A program made the position numbers and the translations under genes. Source: Thermoplasmatota archaeon (lineage in GTDB: Archaea > Thermoplasmatota > Penumbrarchaeia > Penumbrarchaeales > Penumbrarchaeaceae). Taken from it: a stretch of 54,411 nucleotides of DNA. The stretch spans positions 1 through 54,411 of the forward strand of contig CBDDUX010000031.1 of assembly GCA_965234725.1 (NCBI GenBank), written 5' to 3'. Under the pieces are notes generated by a model. It did no database searches and had not been told where the DNA came from. It saw nothing but the letters and a program-made list of their open reading frames with translations. Positions 21,001-31,044 of the stretch are shown piece by piece. Position 1 is the first letter of the stretch, and every line of letters starts with the position of its first letter.

Positions 21001-24000
21001 ACAATTCCAGGTAAAATGGATATCATCATCTGCTATCAGGTCCCCTTCCTCATTTCCATAGGATATGAAACCGTTGAGTTCCACCTCAACAATACCAGGA
21101 ATGGAACTACCGGCTTCGACAGTAAGACCCATGACCCCATTCTCGGAGAACCAGGATTCCTTGATAATACCATATTTTCCCTGGGAGTCCAGAAGGTCGT
21201 TGTCGTCGATCTTGATATAGATACCTGAACCCTTATTCAGTGACGAGTTCACATTTTGGAAGTTCAGGATCTGCACATCTTCAAGGTAGATCCCGTTCCC
21301 GTAATTACTTTTGAACTGACCACTTTGAATGGAAAGGTTGCCCCCTACCATCTTCAATCCTTCCATTGTATTGGAGTTAAACATGGATTTCGGTGTTGAA
21401 GCGGCCCCAATAGTAAGGTCGGATGAGGTGATCTCCACACCAGGTCCATTGAGGGTTCCCTCTACAATTATTTTTATGAATGAGATGTCGCAACCGCTTA
21501 GACCCTTCACTCCCATAACATTATCTTTAATGTCAGAGTTATCAAATGATGCAGTGACATCATGTCCCATGTCAACTGCCAGGCCTTTATTTTTATTGAT
21601 CACTGTGTGCGATATTGTGAGGGTTGTATCATCCATTATCTTCAACCCACCAAGTTCATTTGATCTGATATCGCATTTATTTTCAAGGGGATCGCTTTGG
21701 ATAGTTATCTGCGACCCCTCATATCCGTATATGCCCCATCCGTCATTGAGGCTGATATCGCATCTTTTTAACAGGAGATTGACCTTGTCATCCATCCAGA
21801 CCCCATCCAGTCCCTGGTCTGTTAGGGTTGCATCCTCCAAGGTTATTCTACCATTGTCAGGCCAGTTAAGGATCGCAACACCATGGCCAGAACCAGTTGA
21901 TGCAATTACATTATCGAATAGGACATTGGCCTCCATGGTCGAGGTCACATCCAGGATGATAGCACCGTAACCATCATCCCTGTCATAGGTTCCGTTATAA
22001 GCGGATTGAATGTCCAGATCGGTAACCTTGATGTTTGCCTTGCTCATCAAACTGCCATCGATACTCAATCCTGAATATTCCAGTTCTCCCCTTACCATGA
22101 TACCCTCAAGTGAGATATCGATGATATCTTTCGGATAGACCGAAGGGAGTTTCATCTCTATTCCATATTCGCCAGCGGTTATATCTACCTCGAAGAGGTC
22201 GATGATCGCATCGGTCGATCCTATTCCGGTCGTGACGTTCCAGATCGTTGTGTTCCTGATGTCATATCTTACAGATCTCGCCATTATTCCATAGCCAACT
22301 TCAGGTACGTCTGCTTCGATCGTGATGTTATCGATCTTGGACATGGGCCAGTCATTATTTCCTTCGAAATCGTTATAAATGAATCCCGAAAGGTTCTGGT
22401 ACCCGAGGATATTGGAATCAAAAAGGTCAAGGGATCCCTTTTCGATCATTATTGCCCACTCCGCTGTGGATGTGTTGTTAATGGTCGGGGATGAAATATT
22501 GAGATGGGATATCTCCGTCATTCCAGAGGAGAAGACCTCGATGAAGTTATCATCAGCGCCGGATACCATTATATCCTCCAATATCAGTGAGTTATCAGTT
22601 ACCTCGGTTTTCTTCCAGAGGTTATTGAACTCAAGGGATAGTGTACCAAGAGGAACCTTTGGTTTGCTTGAAGAACCAAGATAGGGATCTCCAACATAGA
22701 TCACCGCATTGTTTCCACCAGTGGCATTGAAAATGAACATCACTTCCGCTTCGTTTGGTACGGATGAGAGATCGATCTTCGCATCTTCTCCATTGGTCCA
22801 GTTGTCCATGATCTCATCCGCCAGAGGGAATGGAGGCAGCAGTTCCCATGATCCGCTATTGTTATACCATGCTGTCAAGGTAGCCTCCGAGGACCTGGAA
22901 TCAAAGAAGTGCGGGAAATAAAGATAGGGATCCACATAGGATGAATCTACCATTTTGAAACTGAACGAGACGTTCTGGTTCTCCAGATAATAGGCACTGG
23001 GAACATCTATGGGTTTCCAGACGGAATTATTCGCGATCCTTAGTGGTACATCGAAGGTCCCCTCGAAGGTCACGTTCGATATCTCTATCGGATCTTCGGA
23101 CCAGGTGTGGTCCGCATCCACGAAGATGCCGTACCTTGCATCAAGGCCTTGGATCACCGAATCCTTAATCATGATGTCATGGGACCTGATCCATATACCC
23201 ACATTGGGTCCTTCGATATGGCACCTTTCCATGGTCCCCTCGTAAAGCTGAACGGTGGCCTTCTTAGAAGAGGATGTGGAATCCAGTATGAGAGTATCCT
23301 CGATAAGAAGGTGTGATCCGGGAAGGGCGACTATCGACATTCCATCGGATGAACATTTGAACACTGACTGGTTGCCAGAGCTAACATTCATTGGTCCAGT
23401 GATATTCAGATATCCTCCCGCCTCCACGATCACATCATCTCCAGAATCCATCAATATGAATGTTGAGTTGATAAGATCAAGGGATCCTCCCGCCTCTATC
23501 CTGACAGGCCCCGAAAGGATGGTCTGATTCTCATAGGTCATTGATTTGTTCAAAGACCCCGAGAGTGTTTCCGTTACGAAGTAACTGAAAGTGTAGGTCT
23601 TCTTCTGGTCGAATCTGTCTGTTGCATCGACCTTAAGGTCATGCTTTGCAATGGTGGATGGTATGGGAATAGCCGATCCGGCCCAGTTCTGTTGGGTTCC
23701 TGAATCCCATGTGTAATTGACCTTCTGATTGGCAATGGCCCAGGCTCGAGTAGATAAGGTATCATTATCCGAAAAGTCAAGTTCGATCGAGGATGAATTG
23801 GTGGCATAGGTCTTTCCATCGGCCACATATATCATGGAGGGATCCTCGATCGTTTCGATCAAGGGGGCCATGTTGTCTATATTCAGCCTGAGGTATGTCA
23901 TACCTGTAAGATGGTTTTTGATATACACGGTGGTACCGTCCGCGACATCGAGTTCGATGCCTCCTGATACTACTTTGAAGTTCTGACCAAGGTTCTTCTT

Positions 24001-24378
24001 CAAGGTGATATTACCGTAGAAATCACTATTTGAACCGCTGTAGGAAAGTTCAATGGTAGTATTGAAAGCAATATGTCCATTACTATCGGTCAGATTCAGA
24101 TCGATGATAAGTTTATCTTCTGACGATGTGGGAATGGATTTGTTCACGGCGGTGATGTTGATGATGTCATTGATAGTAACAGCAGTATCATTTGTGACCG
24201 GACCAAGATGGAGGCCCGATACCTTCTGTGCGGAGATATCTTTGACCTCATAGAACTTCGCGGCCTCAACCTCAACATCGCCCCGTTCGCTGAGCAGCAG
24301 GACTGCACCAAGCAACAGGATCCCCACTGCTATCGGCAGGAAGATCGGTACACTAAAAAATCCTTTTTTAACAGACAT
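18049..24378 (-). CDS. Giant (2109 aa) surface protein: right-handed beta-helix repeats, Ig/cadherin-like domains, TSP3-like Ca-binding repeats, TM, cytoplasmic Zn ribbon
   Basis: Signal peptide, repeated N..GI.I motifs, D.D.D...Y.W Ig units, many DxDxDG motifs, TM helix, CSVC..CPDC at the C-terminus. Confidence 0.8.
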   Translation of the reverse strand: MSVKKGFFSVPIFLPIAVGILLLGAVLLLSERGDVEVEAAKFYEVKDISAQKVSGLHLGPVTNDTAVTINDIINITAVNKSIPTSSEDKLIIDLNLTDSNGHIAFNTTIELSYSGSNSDFYGNITLKKNLGQNFKVVSGGIELDVADGTTVYIKNHLTGMTYLRLNIDNMAPLIETIEDPSMIYVADGKTYATNSSSIELDFSDNDTLSTRAWAIANQKVNYTWDSGTQQNWAGSAIPIPSTIAKHDLKVDATDRFDQKKTYTFSYFVTETLSGSLNKSMTYENQTILSGPVRIEAGGSLDLINSTFILMDSGDDVIVEAGGYLNITGPMNVSSGNQSVFKCSSDGMSIVALPGSHLLIEDTLILDSTSSSKKATVQLYEGTMERCHIEGPNVGIWIRSHDIMIKDSVIQGLDARYGIFVDADHTWSEDPIEISNVTFEGTFDVPLRIANNSVWKPIDVPSAYYLENQNVSFSFKMVDSSYVDPYLYFPHFFDSRSSEATLTAWYNNSGSWELLPPFPLADEIMDNWTNGEDAKIDLSSVPNEAEVMFIFNATGGNNAVIYVGDPYLGSSSKPKVPLGTLSLEFNNLWKKTEVTDNSLILEDIMVSGADDNFIEVFSSGMTEISHLNISSPTINNTSTAEWAIMIEKGSLDLFDSNILGYQNLSGFIYNDFEGNNDWPMSKIDNITIEADVPEVGYGIMARSVRYDIRNTTIWNVTTGIGSTDAIIDLFEVDITAGEYGIEMKLPSVYPKDIIDISLEGIMVRGELEYSGLSIDGSLMSKANIKVTDLDIQSAYNGTYDRDDGYGAIILDVTSTMEANVLFDNVIASTGSGHGVAILNWPDNGRITLEDATLTDQGLDGVWMDDKVNLLLKRCDISLNDGWGIYGYEGSQITIQSDPLENKCDIRSNELGGLKIMDDTTLTISHTVINKNKGLAVDMGHDVTASFDNSDIKDNVMGVKGLSGCDISFIKIIVEGTLNGPGVEITSSDLTIGAASTPKSMFNSNTMEGLKMVGGNLSIQSGQFKSNYGNGIYLEDVQILNFQNVNSSLNKGSGIYIKIDDNDLLDSQGKYGIIKESWFSENGVMGLTVEAGSSIPGIVEVELNGFISYGNEEGDLIADDDIHFTWNCTSGKDKLGNSEFTGITKANLDITVENNGLQIFNEEIRFLNDGAVISLGQSHTLEMVNAYIRPDDTDHRWYISTTGSSKVSIQGCYFGYMGSFEAESVASFQMDETLVVHGEGGIQLMDTKLITIESCRFMYIEGSALRIEDSQGKVTDSEFKGNGRGIIIDGLSDDLTITGCVFTNNDWGIYVFKGGYQTDIMVEDSSFAGNVVAPIWLSRNNMTLEDTDIDPNRIIVKEITKRVSIFYTLEVIVKDEDEHDQVFNAELKFGDSASSIKVTDKVGRWQDIYKIYEVTPNGYSKDREHVKLTISYLESTGSKRVWAYINDDFTLTTRTTKAYTGYKAPFTEEYPTIIQGTEDKGLNEGSVDISKWFSDIGTDEGNLSFKVESLSPYLHPKLIGSMMSVDLEKDWNGEGNILVTATDPHGKSLTVNITIFIIGSNDVPIITEPRIISITGTDTIPRTGSTITAQWNWYDIDDGDTEPSTKYVRWFLNGTPIQRYGTNTVDNVTTVNGVKEGQIWSFKVWPMDVESIYSKKFGEPVMSPEIKVLGQAPRFKSDLTYNTNKPKTDQDIIITPGTYEDADSNVVTFNYQWEVLNRNDKWVPIGAPNSPILDSRFTEKGMDIRVLAWISDGTSQSGIKTANFEVVNSAPIVISGKLTPEILIETDDLVTIKDLNSFDADGDRVTYYFNWSVGGTSLGVNYEVPQLPWSFGGWSYPGRATITVNITPIDSDNRQGESISLSAILIPTDTDGDGYFDDINGNGENDPGDDTDDDNDGYLDHWEIELGTDPKNRLSFPMDLDHDGAPDGTPGNPFNWMDTDDDDDGILDSEDSYPNNGALPGDFDGDGIGDDVDNDIDGDGRENIKDYDPYNDQVQSAPKMAGQSLIEVFIFILVLIIVAVIAAVAYAIYTGKIHLPTSAPPTIMGEGGAEAIFEEDLDGHSKADDMEEMEELENMSVCSVCGELVSMNLETCPDCGAEFEEPEEEEFMEED

Positions 24379-24524
24379 TTAACTCCTCCAGAGCGATCCC
24401 TTTTCCCTTTAAGAGAAGGTTTTTAACCTGATCAACCGTCTCATTTACTTGTACCTATTAAAATGATAGGGTCTTAATTCCATCAACACGATAAAAAAAT
24501 CAACATAAAGCTTGGATCATATAT

Positions 24525-27500
24525 TCAGCTCATTTTCTTGACTGTTCTGAGCCGGTTGAAACGCGGGAGGTAAAGTCTGTATGCTGCGGTCAATATGAAG
24601 ATCGCTCCGTAAGCTGAAAATGCAAGTAATATGATGATCAGAAGTATGAACTCCCTTATGGAGGGAATGTTAACAAGGAAAACGGCCGTAAGTCCCATGA
24701 TCATCGTTGTGGTCGATTCGATGAAGGACCAGCCCGATGTCTCACCGGCGTGAAGGACACCTTCCAATGCGAAGTTCTTCTCCCTCACCCTCTCCGTGAT
24801 ATGGATGGAGAAATCTACTCCGATACCTATGATTATGGAACCTATAAGTGCTGAGAAAAGGTTCAACTCTCCCGAGAATACGTTCTTACTTCCCCATACG
24901 ATATCTCCAACAGCCCCTACGCCCCATATGGCAAAATACTGCCACATGACCACCATTACCACCGGAAGAAGTGTGATCAATGATATTCTCCAGGATTTCA
25001 TCACAAGGAAAAGGAGGATGAATACCATGAGAAGCGCGGTGAGGGTGGACTGGTTCGCATTCATGACGATCACATCATTAATGGTCACAAGGACCTTGGC
25101 GAACCCGGAAGTTGGTGAGGCAGTATCTATTCGGTCCTTTACGCTCATCTCGAAATGGTCATCTATGGCTGCATCCAGTTCCTTAACTGCCTTCTCTGAT
25201 CCAATAATGTCCATGTTGGGGAGGGTGATGTAGACGATGGTCTTGGAGTAGTCATCGTTTACTAGCATCCCTCTGATCTCCTGGCCCATGGCGTTGTAGA
25301 AGATGTTCATTATGAACTCTTCGATGGATTCACCCTGGCCGATCAAAACATTTGATAGTGTGCTGGGTAGATCAGGCGGGTCCTGCATAACGGTCCAAAA
25401 GCTCCTTCCTATCAGATTGTTCTCCACCCAATCATCTACTATCTCTGCAGGATCGGGGATTCCTCCTATTGAACCGACCCGTCCTAATTGTTCCAGGAAG
25501 TTTTTGTATGCTGTTGAATTCCTGAAATCCGGTATCTGGACCATTTTCATGATATCTACTATGGATATGGCTTGGGCATTTTTGATCCCTTGATCGTTCT
25601 CATTGTTGGGGTCGCCGTTTATATCAAAAATCAAATTGTCAATATCGTTGAGTGTTTCGATGTCCTTTATACTTCCCGGGATACGGTCATCCCTTCCGTC
25701 ATTGTCATCGTCATAGGTCCTATCCCCACGGTATATCATCATCTCTATCTGGCCGGAACCAAATGTGGCGGACTGTTCCGAAAGCTTCTGGACCACCGGT
25801 TCATCTGCGGGTGAGAGGGAAATGTAATCCATATTCGCCTTGACAATGCCCATCCCTCCTACCTCGACACCTATGAATGGAAGTTCCGAAACCGGGGAAA
25901 GAGATACCGAGATAACCGCCAGGATCAAACCACCCAGCAAGATCTTTCTCGAATGTTTCATTGGGATCTCTGCGATCTTTCTTGAACCGGCAGAGCTCTT
26001 TCCTTCGTTCTTGGACATCTTCTTGTAATCAAGCCAGATGACAAGGGAAGGGGTCATGAGGATGGTTGTAACATAGCAGGCCAGTATTCCTGTTGAAAGA
26101 CCGAAACCCAGCACCTGCATGGTAGGCATGTTCACTGTTAACATGGCTCCAAACCCGAAGGCGGTTGTCATTGCAGAGAGGAATATTGCCTTCCCCGTTG
26201 TCCTTAGGGCATACCTGATCCTCTTTTCCTTGTCCTTTATGGATGTTTCCTCTGCATATCTGTTCGCGATGTACAAGCCGTAAGCTACACCGAGCGCGAT
26301 GAGGATGGGTGCAACCAGCACCACCTGCGGAGTCAGGATGGGCAGGAACCACCCCATCAAACCAAATGATATCAGTAAAGAGAAAATAACGGGGACCAAT
26401 GTAATCAACCAGATCTTCCAGGTCCTGTGGAATATCAGGAGAGAAGCAGCGACCATGGCAATTGCCCATGGGAGGACCACAGCCATCTCGCTCATAGTCC
26501 TCTTAGATATCATCCTCGCCAGGGGTGTCGGTCCTGTCAATGTCATTCTACAGTGGACCTCACCATCTTCGTACCTTTCCAACCATTCATCGGTGGTATC
26601 CACTGAACCCGGTCTGATGCCAGTGTCGACATAGTAAAGCGAGATCTTGTCTTCGATCGAGTTCACCAGCAGGTCAGTGTCCACTGACTTGGAAAGACCA
26701 ATGAGAAGGAGAGCGGAATCGTAGATCCCGTCACCATTGATATCAGCAACGAGAGATGAGATCTGGTCGGGGCCTACCCGATTGAAGAACTCATCTATCA
26801 GCCTCTGGTCCTCGGGGATAGTATAGTTCCCCTTGAACTGATCCGGAACAGAGAAGTTGATATAGTCCCCTTTAAGCTCGTTCAGGAAAGCCTCCTCTAT
26901 GGAATTGGTCATGTTGTGGAGTGTCTTGATCAATGTGGATATGGAAAAACAATAGATTATTCCGTCGTTCTTTCCCTTGTCCTTCTTATCATAATTGAGG
27001 TATTCCTCTATATCTGATATCTCTTTTAGGACTTCATAATCGGTGATGTTGGTCTCATCCGTGGGATCGAACTTGTTGTTTGTCTCGATGAATACTGTTG
27101 CAAGGTCAGTTGACCAGTTCTGTTTCATCTCCCCCAGGACCTTATCTACATCGGAACCTCCTGGAAGATACGCCTCGAAGTCTCCCCTTATCTTCCCCTG
27201 GAGCCTTGTCTTTTCGTTGGAATCACCCAGAAAGCTATCCTTTACCCACCCGGGTCCGATGACTCCCCAATATGCTATCAATAGTGAAAAGATAACTGTC
27301 AGGGCAAAGACGGTCTTCCTGTATTTCAGGATACCTTCCATTACAGTGTCCAGGGGTTTGGACTTGAACATCCTCTGAGTATAGGATTCACTCTTTTCAT
27401 CAAGGTCCTTTAACCGTTTCTGGGTCTCTTTGAATATACCTTTCGCTTTCCTTGTATATTCAGGTGTCCTATCACCCAATTGGGATACCATCTTGTCAAT

Positions 27501-27647
27501 GGTCTCATCAACCTCTTTGGCGGTCTCCCTGGAATAGATGCGGTCTGTATCCTTCTTGAAAAGGGAACTCCTTGGACGCCTTTTCGGCTCATCCTTGTTT
27601 GGATCTGAGGTCAACCGTACACCTGCCGTCTGGATGTTGGCAGACAC
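24525..27647 (-). CDS. MMPL/RND-family (HAE3-like) exporter
   Basis: Two repeats of TM + large loop + TM bundle. GVAYGLY..RY.EE and GIGVDFSIHITER TM4/TM10 motifs, G.AI..SA.TT..GF. Confidence 0.88.
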   Translation of the reverse strand: MSANIQTAGVRLTSDPNKDEPKRRPRSSLFKKDTDRIYSRETAKEVDETIDKMVSQLGDRTPEYTRKAKGIFKETQKRLKDLDEKSESYTQRMFKSKPLDTVMEGILKYRKTVFALTVIFSLLIAYWGVIGPGWVKDSFLGDSNEKTRLQGKIRGDFEAYLPGGSDVDKVLGEMKQNWSTDLATVFIETNNKFDPTDETNITDYEVLKEISDIEEYLNYDKKDKGKNDGIIYCFSISTLIKTLHNMTNSIEEAFLNELKGDYINFSVPDQFKGNYTIPEDQRLIDEFFNRVGPDQISSLVADINGDGIYDSALLLIGLSKSVDTDLLVNSIEDKISLYYVDTGIRPGSVDTTDEWLERYEDGEVHCRMTLTGPTPLARMISKRTMSEMAVVLPWAIAMVAASLLIFHRTWKIWLITLVPVIFSLLISFGLMGWFLPILTPQVVLVAPILIALGVAYGLYIANRYAEETSIKDKEKRIRYALRTTGKAIFLSAMTTAFGFGAMLTVNMPTMQVLGFGLSTGILACYVTTILMTPSLVIWLDYKKMSKNEGKSSAGSRKIAEIPMKHSRKILLGGLILAVISVSLSPVSELPFIGVEVGGMGIVKANMDYISLSPADEPVVQKLSEQSATFGSGQIEMMIYRGDRTYDDDNDGRDDRIPGSIKDIETLNDIDNLIFDINGDPNNENDQGIKNAQAISIVDIMKMVQIPDFRNSTAYKNFLEQLGRVGSIGGIPDPAEIVDDWVENNLIGRSFWTVMQDPPDLPSTLSNVLIGQGESIEEFIMNIFYNAMGQEIRGMLVNDDYSKTIVYITLPNMDIIGSEKAVKELDAAIDDHFEMSVKDRIDTASPTSGFAKVLVTINDVIVMNANQSTLTALLMVFILLFLVMKSWRISLITLLPVVMVVMWQYFAIWGVGAVGDIVWGSKNVFSGELNLFSALIGSIIIGIGVDFSIHITERVREKNFALEGVLHAGETSGWSFIESTTTMIMGLTAVFLVNIPSIREFILLIIILLAFSAYGAIFILTAAYRLYLPRFNRLRTVKKMS

Positions 27648-27739
27648 AAGAATATCTATGAGTTATTATATGATTCGGTCTCTGAATAAAACTATACTCG
27701 AGATAAATTATCGGAAAATAGGTCACCAGGTCATGAATA

Positions 27740-27994
27740 TCATTCAACATGTTTTCTTGCCATGTTAGAATAGAATACTCCAGCAGCGATGGAGACGATG
27801 ATCCCGAAGATCATTCCAGCAACCACACTGTATTCCAATTTTTCATTGAATAATATCTGAGAGACCCTTAGCATGTAGAATGCTCCCGTAAAAAGAGGAA
27901 CTATTATTATTGCGAAAAGGGCGCTACTGTAAAAGATCCATGTGGAATTGCTCAGGATCTTTCTGTCATGGGCCTCAATATTCTCGGACTTCAT
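27740..27994 (-). CDS. Small two-TM membrane protein
   Basis: 84 aa with two hydrophobic helices. GGAG upstream of the ATG. Confidence 0.6.
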   Translation of the reverse strand: MKSENIEAHDRKILSNSTWIFYSSALFAIIIVPLFTGAFYMLRVSQILFNEKLEYSVVAGMIFGIIVSIAAGVFYSNMARKHVE

Positions 27995-28260
27995 GGAATT
28001 AACTCCAGGGGTGGGGGTGAACCAAACGGGTTTTATTTAAAATTTGTTAAAGATACGAACCTTTTCAATTGATAAACCTTATATAATTTCTTTAACCATA
28101 AGCCTTCACAATGGGCGGGGAGTGGGGTCTGTCCGTTGTTCCCATATCTACGGGATGGATGGAACAAGAGATTAGGGGAATATCCCAAAGGGGAAAAATT
28201 AGGGTGTGTATCATATGCCCCCAGTTATTGGGGGCTGCTTCGTTCTGATGAATCTGAATG

Positions 28261-28482
28261 CTACATACAATATTTGCCATTTTTAAGGAGAGGATCAAAC
28301 CCCATCATGTTCCCATCTGGATCGAAATCCATATCATCAGTGGTTTCTATGTTAACTATCATATCCACAAGAAGGTTTACCATGTTTCGAAGCTCCCTTA
28401 CCTCTGATCTAAGGTCCTCTATGGATTCCAGGACCTTTTCATCATCGGCCTTAGCCTCCTTCTTCCCCTTGGCCTGTGTCAA
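28261..28482 (-). CDS. Small coiled-coil hypothetical protein
   Basis: LESIEDLRSEVRELRNMVNLL heptad pattern. GGTGA SD before a TTG start. Confidence 0.6.
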   Translation of the reverse strand: MTQAKGKKEAKADDEKVLESIEDLRSEVRELRNMVNLLVDMIVNIETTDDMDFDPDGNMMGFDPLLKNGKYCM

Positions 28483-28643
28483 TTTCTCACCTTTGAGTAT
28501 CCACCGAAACTGGATCGTTACTAGTTAAAAAACACAACTCTATGCCATGTATTAGATACTTTTGGTATGAACTTAACAGCGAATGCTGTCCACAGGTCTT
28601 GGAACCTCTATATATGATGCGAACAATGTTGTAGATCGATAAT

Positions 28644-29459
28644 ATGGCCCTTTCATCTATCAAAGTGGAGGTTGTTCAGAAGCTTCACAAAAGGTTTGAT
28701 ATCCAAGGTAATATGAAGATGATCAATAAGGCCTTGGAAGGGTCCAATTCCGATCTGGTTGTATTTCCGGAGATGTTCATTACCGGTTACAATATTGGCG
28801 ATGAGGTAAGGAACCTGTCCTTATCGAGGGATGACCCCATATTTGGTTCATTGGTGGATACGGCCTCTGCTGAGAATAAACATCTGATATTCGGTTATCC
28901 TGAACGGTCTGAAAAGATCAAGGGCCAGATCTTTAATTCTGCAATGTTGATAGGACCAAATGGGATAATGGGTTCCTACAGAAAAATGCACCTTGTCAAT
29001 TTCGGACCTTTTGAGGAATATTCATATTTCACTCCTGGAAACGCTCCTTTCATGTTCGAGATCAACGGTTATCGATTCGGTCTGATCATCTGCTATGATA
29101 TCTTCTTCCCAGAGCTTACAAAGCATTATGCTCTGAAAGGTGCGGACGCTGTCATCTGTATTTCTGCATCCCCTTCAGTGACGAGGCCCTTTTTCGAGGC
29201 TGTAATAAAGGCGAGGGCCATTGAAGATACCATCTATTTCATCTATTCCAATCTGGTTGGATATGATTCCAGAATGGATTTTTGGGGTGGGTCCCAGGTG
29301 GTATCTCCAAGGGGATCCGTCATCTCGAAAGGGCCCTATTTCGAGGAGTCTATTCTAAGTGCCACCTTAGAGGAGGAGACGATTTCCCTTGCCAGATCTC
29401 TAAGACCGACACTAAGGGATACCAGATTTAATATCAAGAAGGCCTTGGAGCAGATATGA
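28644..29459 (+). CDS. Carbon-nitrogen hydrolase (nitrilase superfamily)
   Basis: Glu-Lys-Cys triad: VFPEM, YRKMHL, ICYDIFFPE; also ARAIE. Confidence 0.92.
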   Translation: MALSSIKVEVVQKLHKRFDIQGNMKMINKALEGSNSDLVVFPEMFITGYNIGDEVRNLSLSRDDPIFGSLVDTASAENKHLIFGYPERSEKIKGQIFNSAMLIGPNGIMGSYRKMHLVNFGPFEEYSYFTPGNAPFMFEINGYRFGLIICYDIFFPELTKHYALKGADAVICISASPSVTRPFFEAVIKARAIEDTIYFIYSNLVGYDSRMDFWGGSQVVSPRGSVISKGPYFEESILSATLEEETISLARSLRPTLRDTRFNIKKALEQI

Positions 29460-29568
29460 GTTCAATATTGGAGACTATTGATCCCATGGTAACATTTTTA
29501 CCTTACATTTTTATCTACAATGTGTTCATTCATAAACAGAGATGTTGGTTTAAGGGAGCAGATAGATA

Positions 29569-30198
29569 ATGAGATGGTTGAAGAAAAAAAAACCCGAGAA
29601 AATGGAATATGACAACATAGGTGTCAAGGACAGTTTGGTCGAGATGAAGGACCTGTCCGAACAGATAATCGATCTTTCTTATTCTGCTATTTTATTCGAC
29701 AGTTCGGATATCGCGTCCCAGGTCGATGAACTCGAGGAAAGACTGGATAAGCTCCTTTACAATGTCCGAATAGGTTTGATGCTTGCAGCCAGAAATCGAG
29801 AGGATGCTGAGCAATTGACGGGCATCCTCCAGGTGGCATCTGCAGCCGAGAGGATAGGAGATGCTTCTCAGGAACTCATGATGCTCTTCTCCGAAGGTGT
29901 CGAGTTCAGACCTTTTGCTCCGTTCTTCTTGAAGGATGGTGATGAGAAGATCTGGGCTATACGGATCTCCGAAGATTCGGATGTCGTAAATCGGCAGATC
30001 AATGAATTGCAGATAGAATCAGAGACCGGCTGCAGGATAATCGCTATCAAGAGGGGTCCTAAATGGATCTATGATATAGAACCGGATAAGAGATTGAAAG
30101 GTTCCGATGTCCTTATAGCCAGAGGGGTGGAGGATGGTTTGAAGGAACTGATCGCATATGCAAAAGGTGAGGTGAAATGGGGGAATTACAAGAGGTAG
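29569..30198 (+). CDS. PhoU-like helical domain + TrkA_C (RCK_C) protein
   Basis: LVEMKDLSE..IDLSYSA, ETG..IIAIKRG..WIY. Confidence 0.85.
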   Translation: MRWLKKKKPEKMEYDNIGVKDSLVEMKDLSEQIIDLSYSAILFDSSDIASQVDELEERLDKLLYNVRIGLMLAARNREDAEQLTGILQVASAAERIGDASQELMMLFSEGVEFRPFAPFFLKDGDEKIWAIRISEDSDVVNRQINELQIESETGCRIIAIKRGPKWIYDIEPDKRLKGSDVLIARGVEDGLKELIAYAKGEVKWGNYKR

Positions 30199-30779
30199 AG
30201 GATCCCATGACTAGGGTCATGGATATGTTCCTCGAGATGAAGGACACCTCTGAACTGATGGTGGACCTTGCCTATTCCTCACTACTCTACGATAACGATG
30301 AAATAGCATCGGAGGTGGAGCACCTAAATGGTCAGATCGATGAGATGGCCGGGCATCTCAAGAGGCTGGCAATAACTGAGGTGTCACAGAGGTCCCCGGA
30401 TGCAACAATAATGGTCCTCAAGCTTTGTACTTATATCACTTCCATCGCAGATGCGGCAATGTCAATTGCCGATGTTGTTCTAAGGGATATAGAACCCCAT
30501 CCTGTGATAAAGCAGTCCATTAAGGAATCTGATGTGTCGATCTTCAGGTTAGAAGTTAATCCGAAGTCGATCCTTGCCGGGAAGAAGATCGGTGATCTAA
30601 GGCTTGCTACAGAAACGGGAATGTGGCTGTTCGCAATAAAGAGGAACGTAAGATGGATCTATGGTCCCGAAGAGCATGATGTTATCCTTAAAGGAGATAT
30701 AATTTTCGTCAGAGGTCCTGAAGACGGCATGAAGAAATTGAAGGCTGTGGCCAGAGGAAAGGTCAGGAAACTTGAGTGA
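30177..30779 (+). CDS. PhoU-like + TrkA_C protein (tandem paralog)
   Basis: EMKDTSELMVDLAYS, ETGMWLFAIKR..RWIYGP. Confidence 0.85.
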   Translation: MGELQEVEDPMTRVMDMFLEMKDTSELMVDLAYSSLLYDNDEIASEVEHLNGQIDEMAGHLKRLAITEVSQRSPDATIMVLKLCTYITSIADAAMSIADVVLRDIEPHPVIKQSIKESDVSIFRLEVNPKSILAGKKIGDLRLATETGMWLFAIKRNVRWIYGPEEHDVILKGDIIFVRGPEDGMKKLKAVARGKVRKLE

Positions 30780-30822
30780 AAGGTTTTAAAAATAGGAACT
30801 ATATCCCCCTTTCCCACCAGCC

Positions 30823-30898
30823 GCGGGTGTGATGTAGCCTGGTATCATTCTAGCTTGCCAAGCTAGTTACTCGGGTTCAAATCCCGGCACCCGCACCA
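30823..30898 (+). tRNA. tRNA-Gly (GCC), CCA encoded, no intron
   Basis: Acceptor stem GCGGGTG/CACCCGC, anticodon arm CTAGC-TTGCCAA-GCTAG, GGTTCAAATCC T loop, discriminator A plus CCA. TTTTAAAAA promoter-like element upstream. Confidence 0.96.
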
Positions 30899-31044
30899 TT
30901 TTTCTTTCGTCAATTATACATCGAAACGAAAAATGGTGCTCAAAAATGATTACACACGACAAAAAATGATTGAGAAAGATTTCATCCGTTTTTTGTCTCA
31001 GGGGTAGAACTTAGATATCGTTAATTTCAAGACAGTTCTACCCC

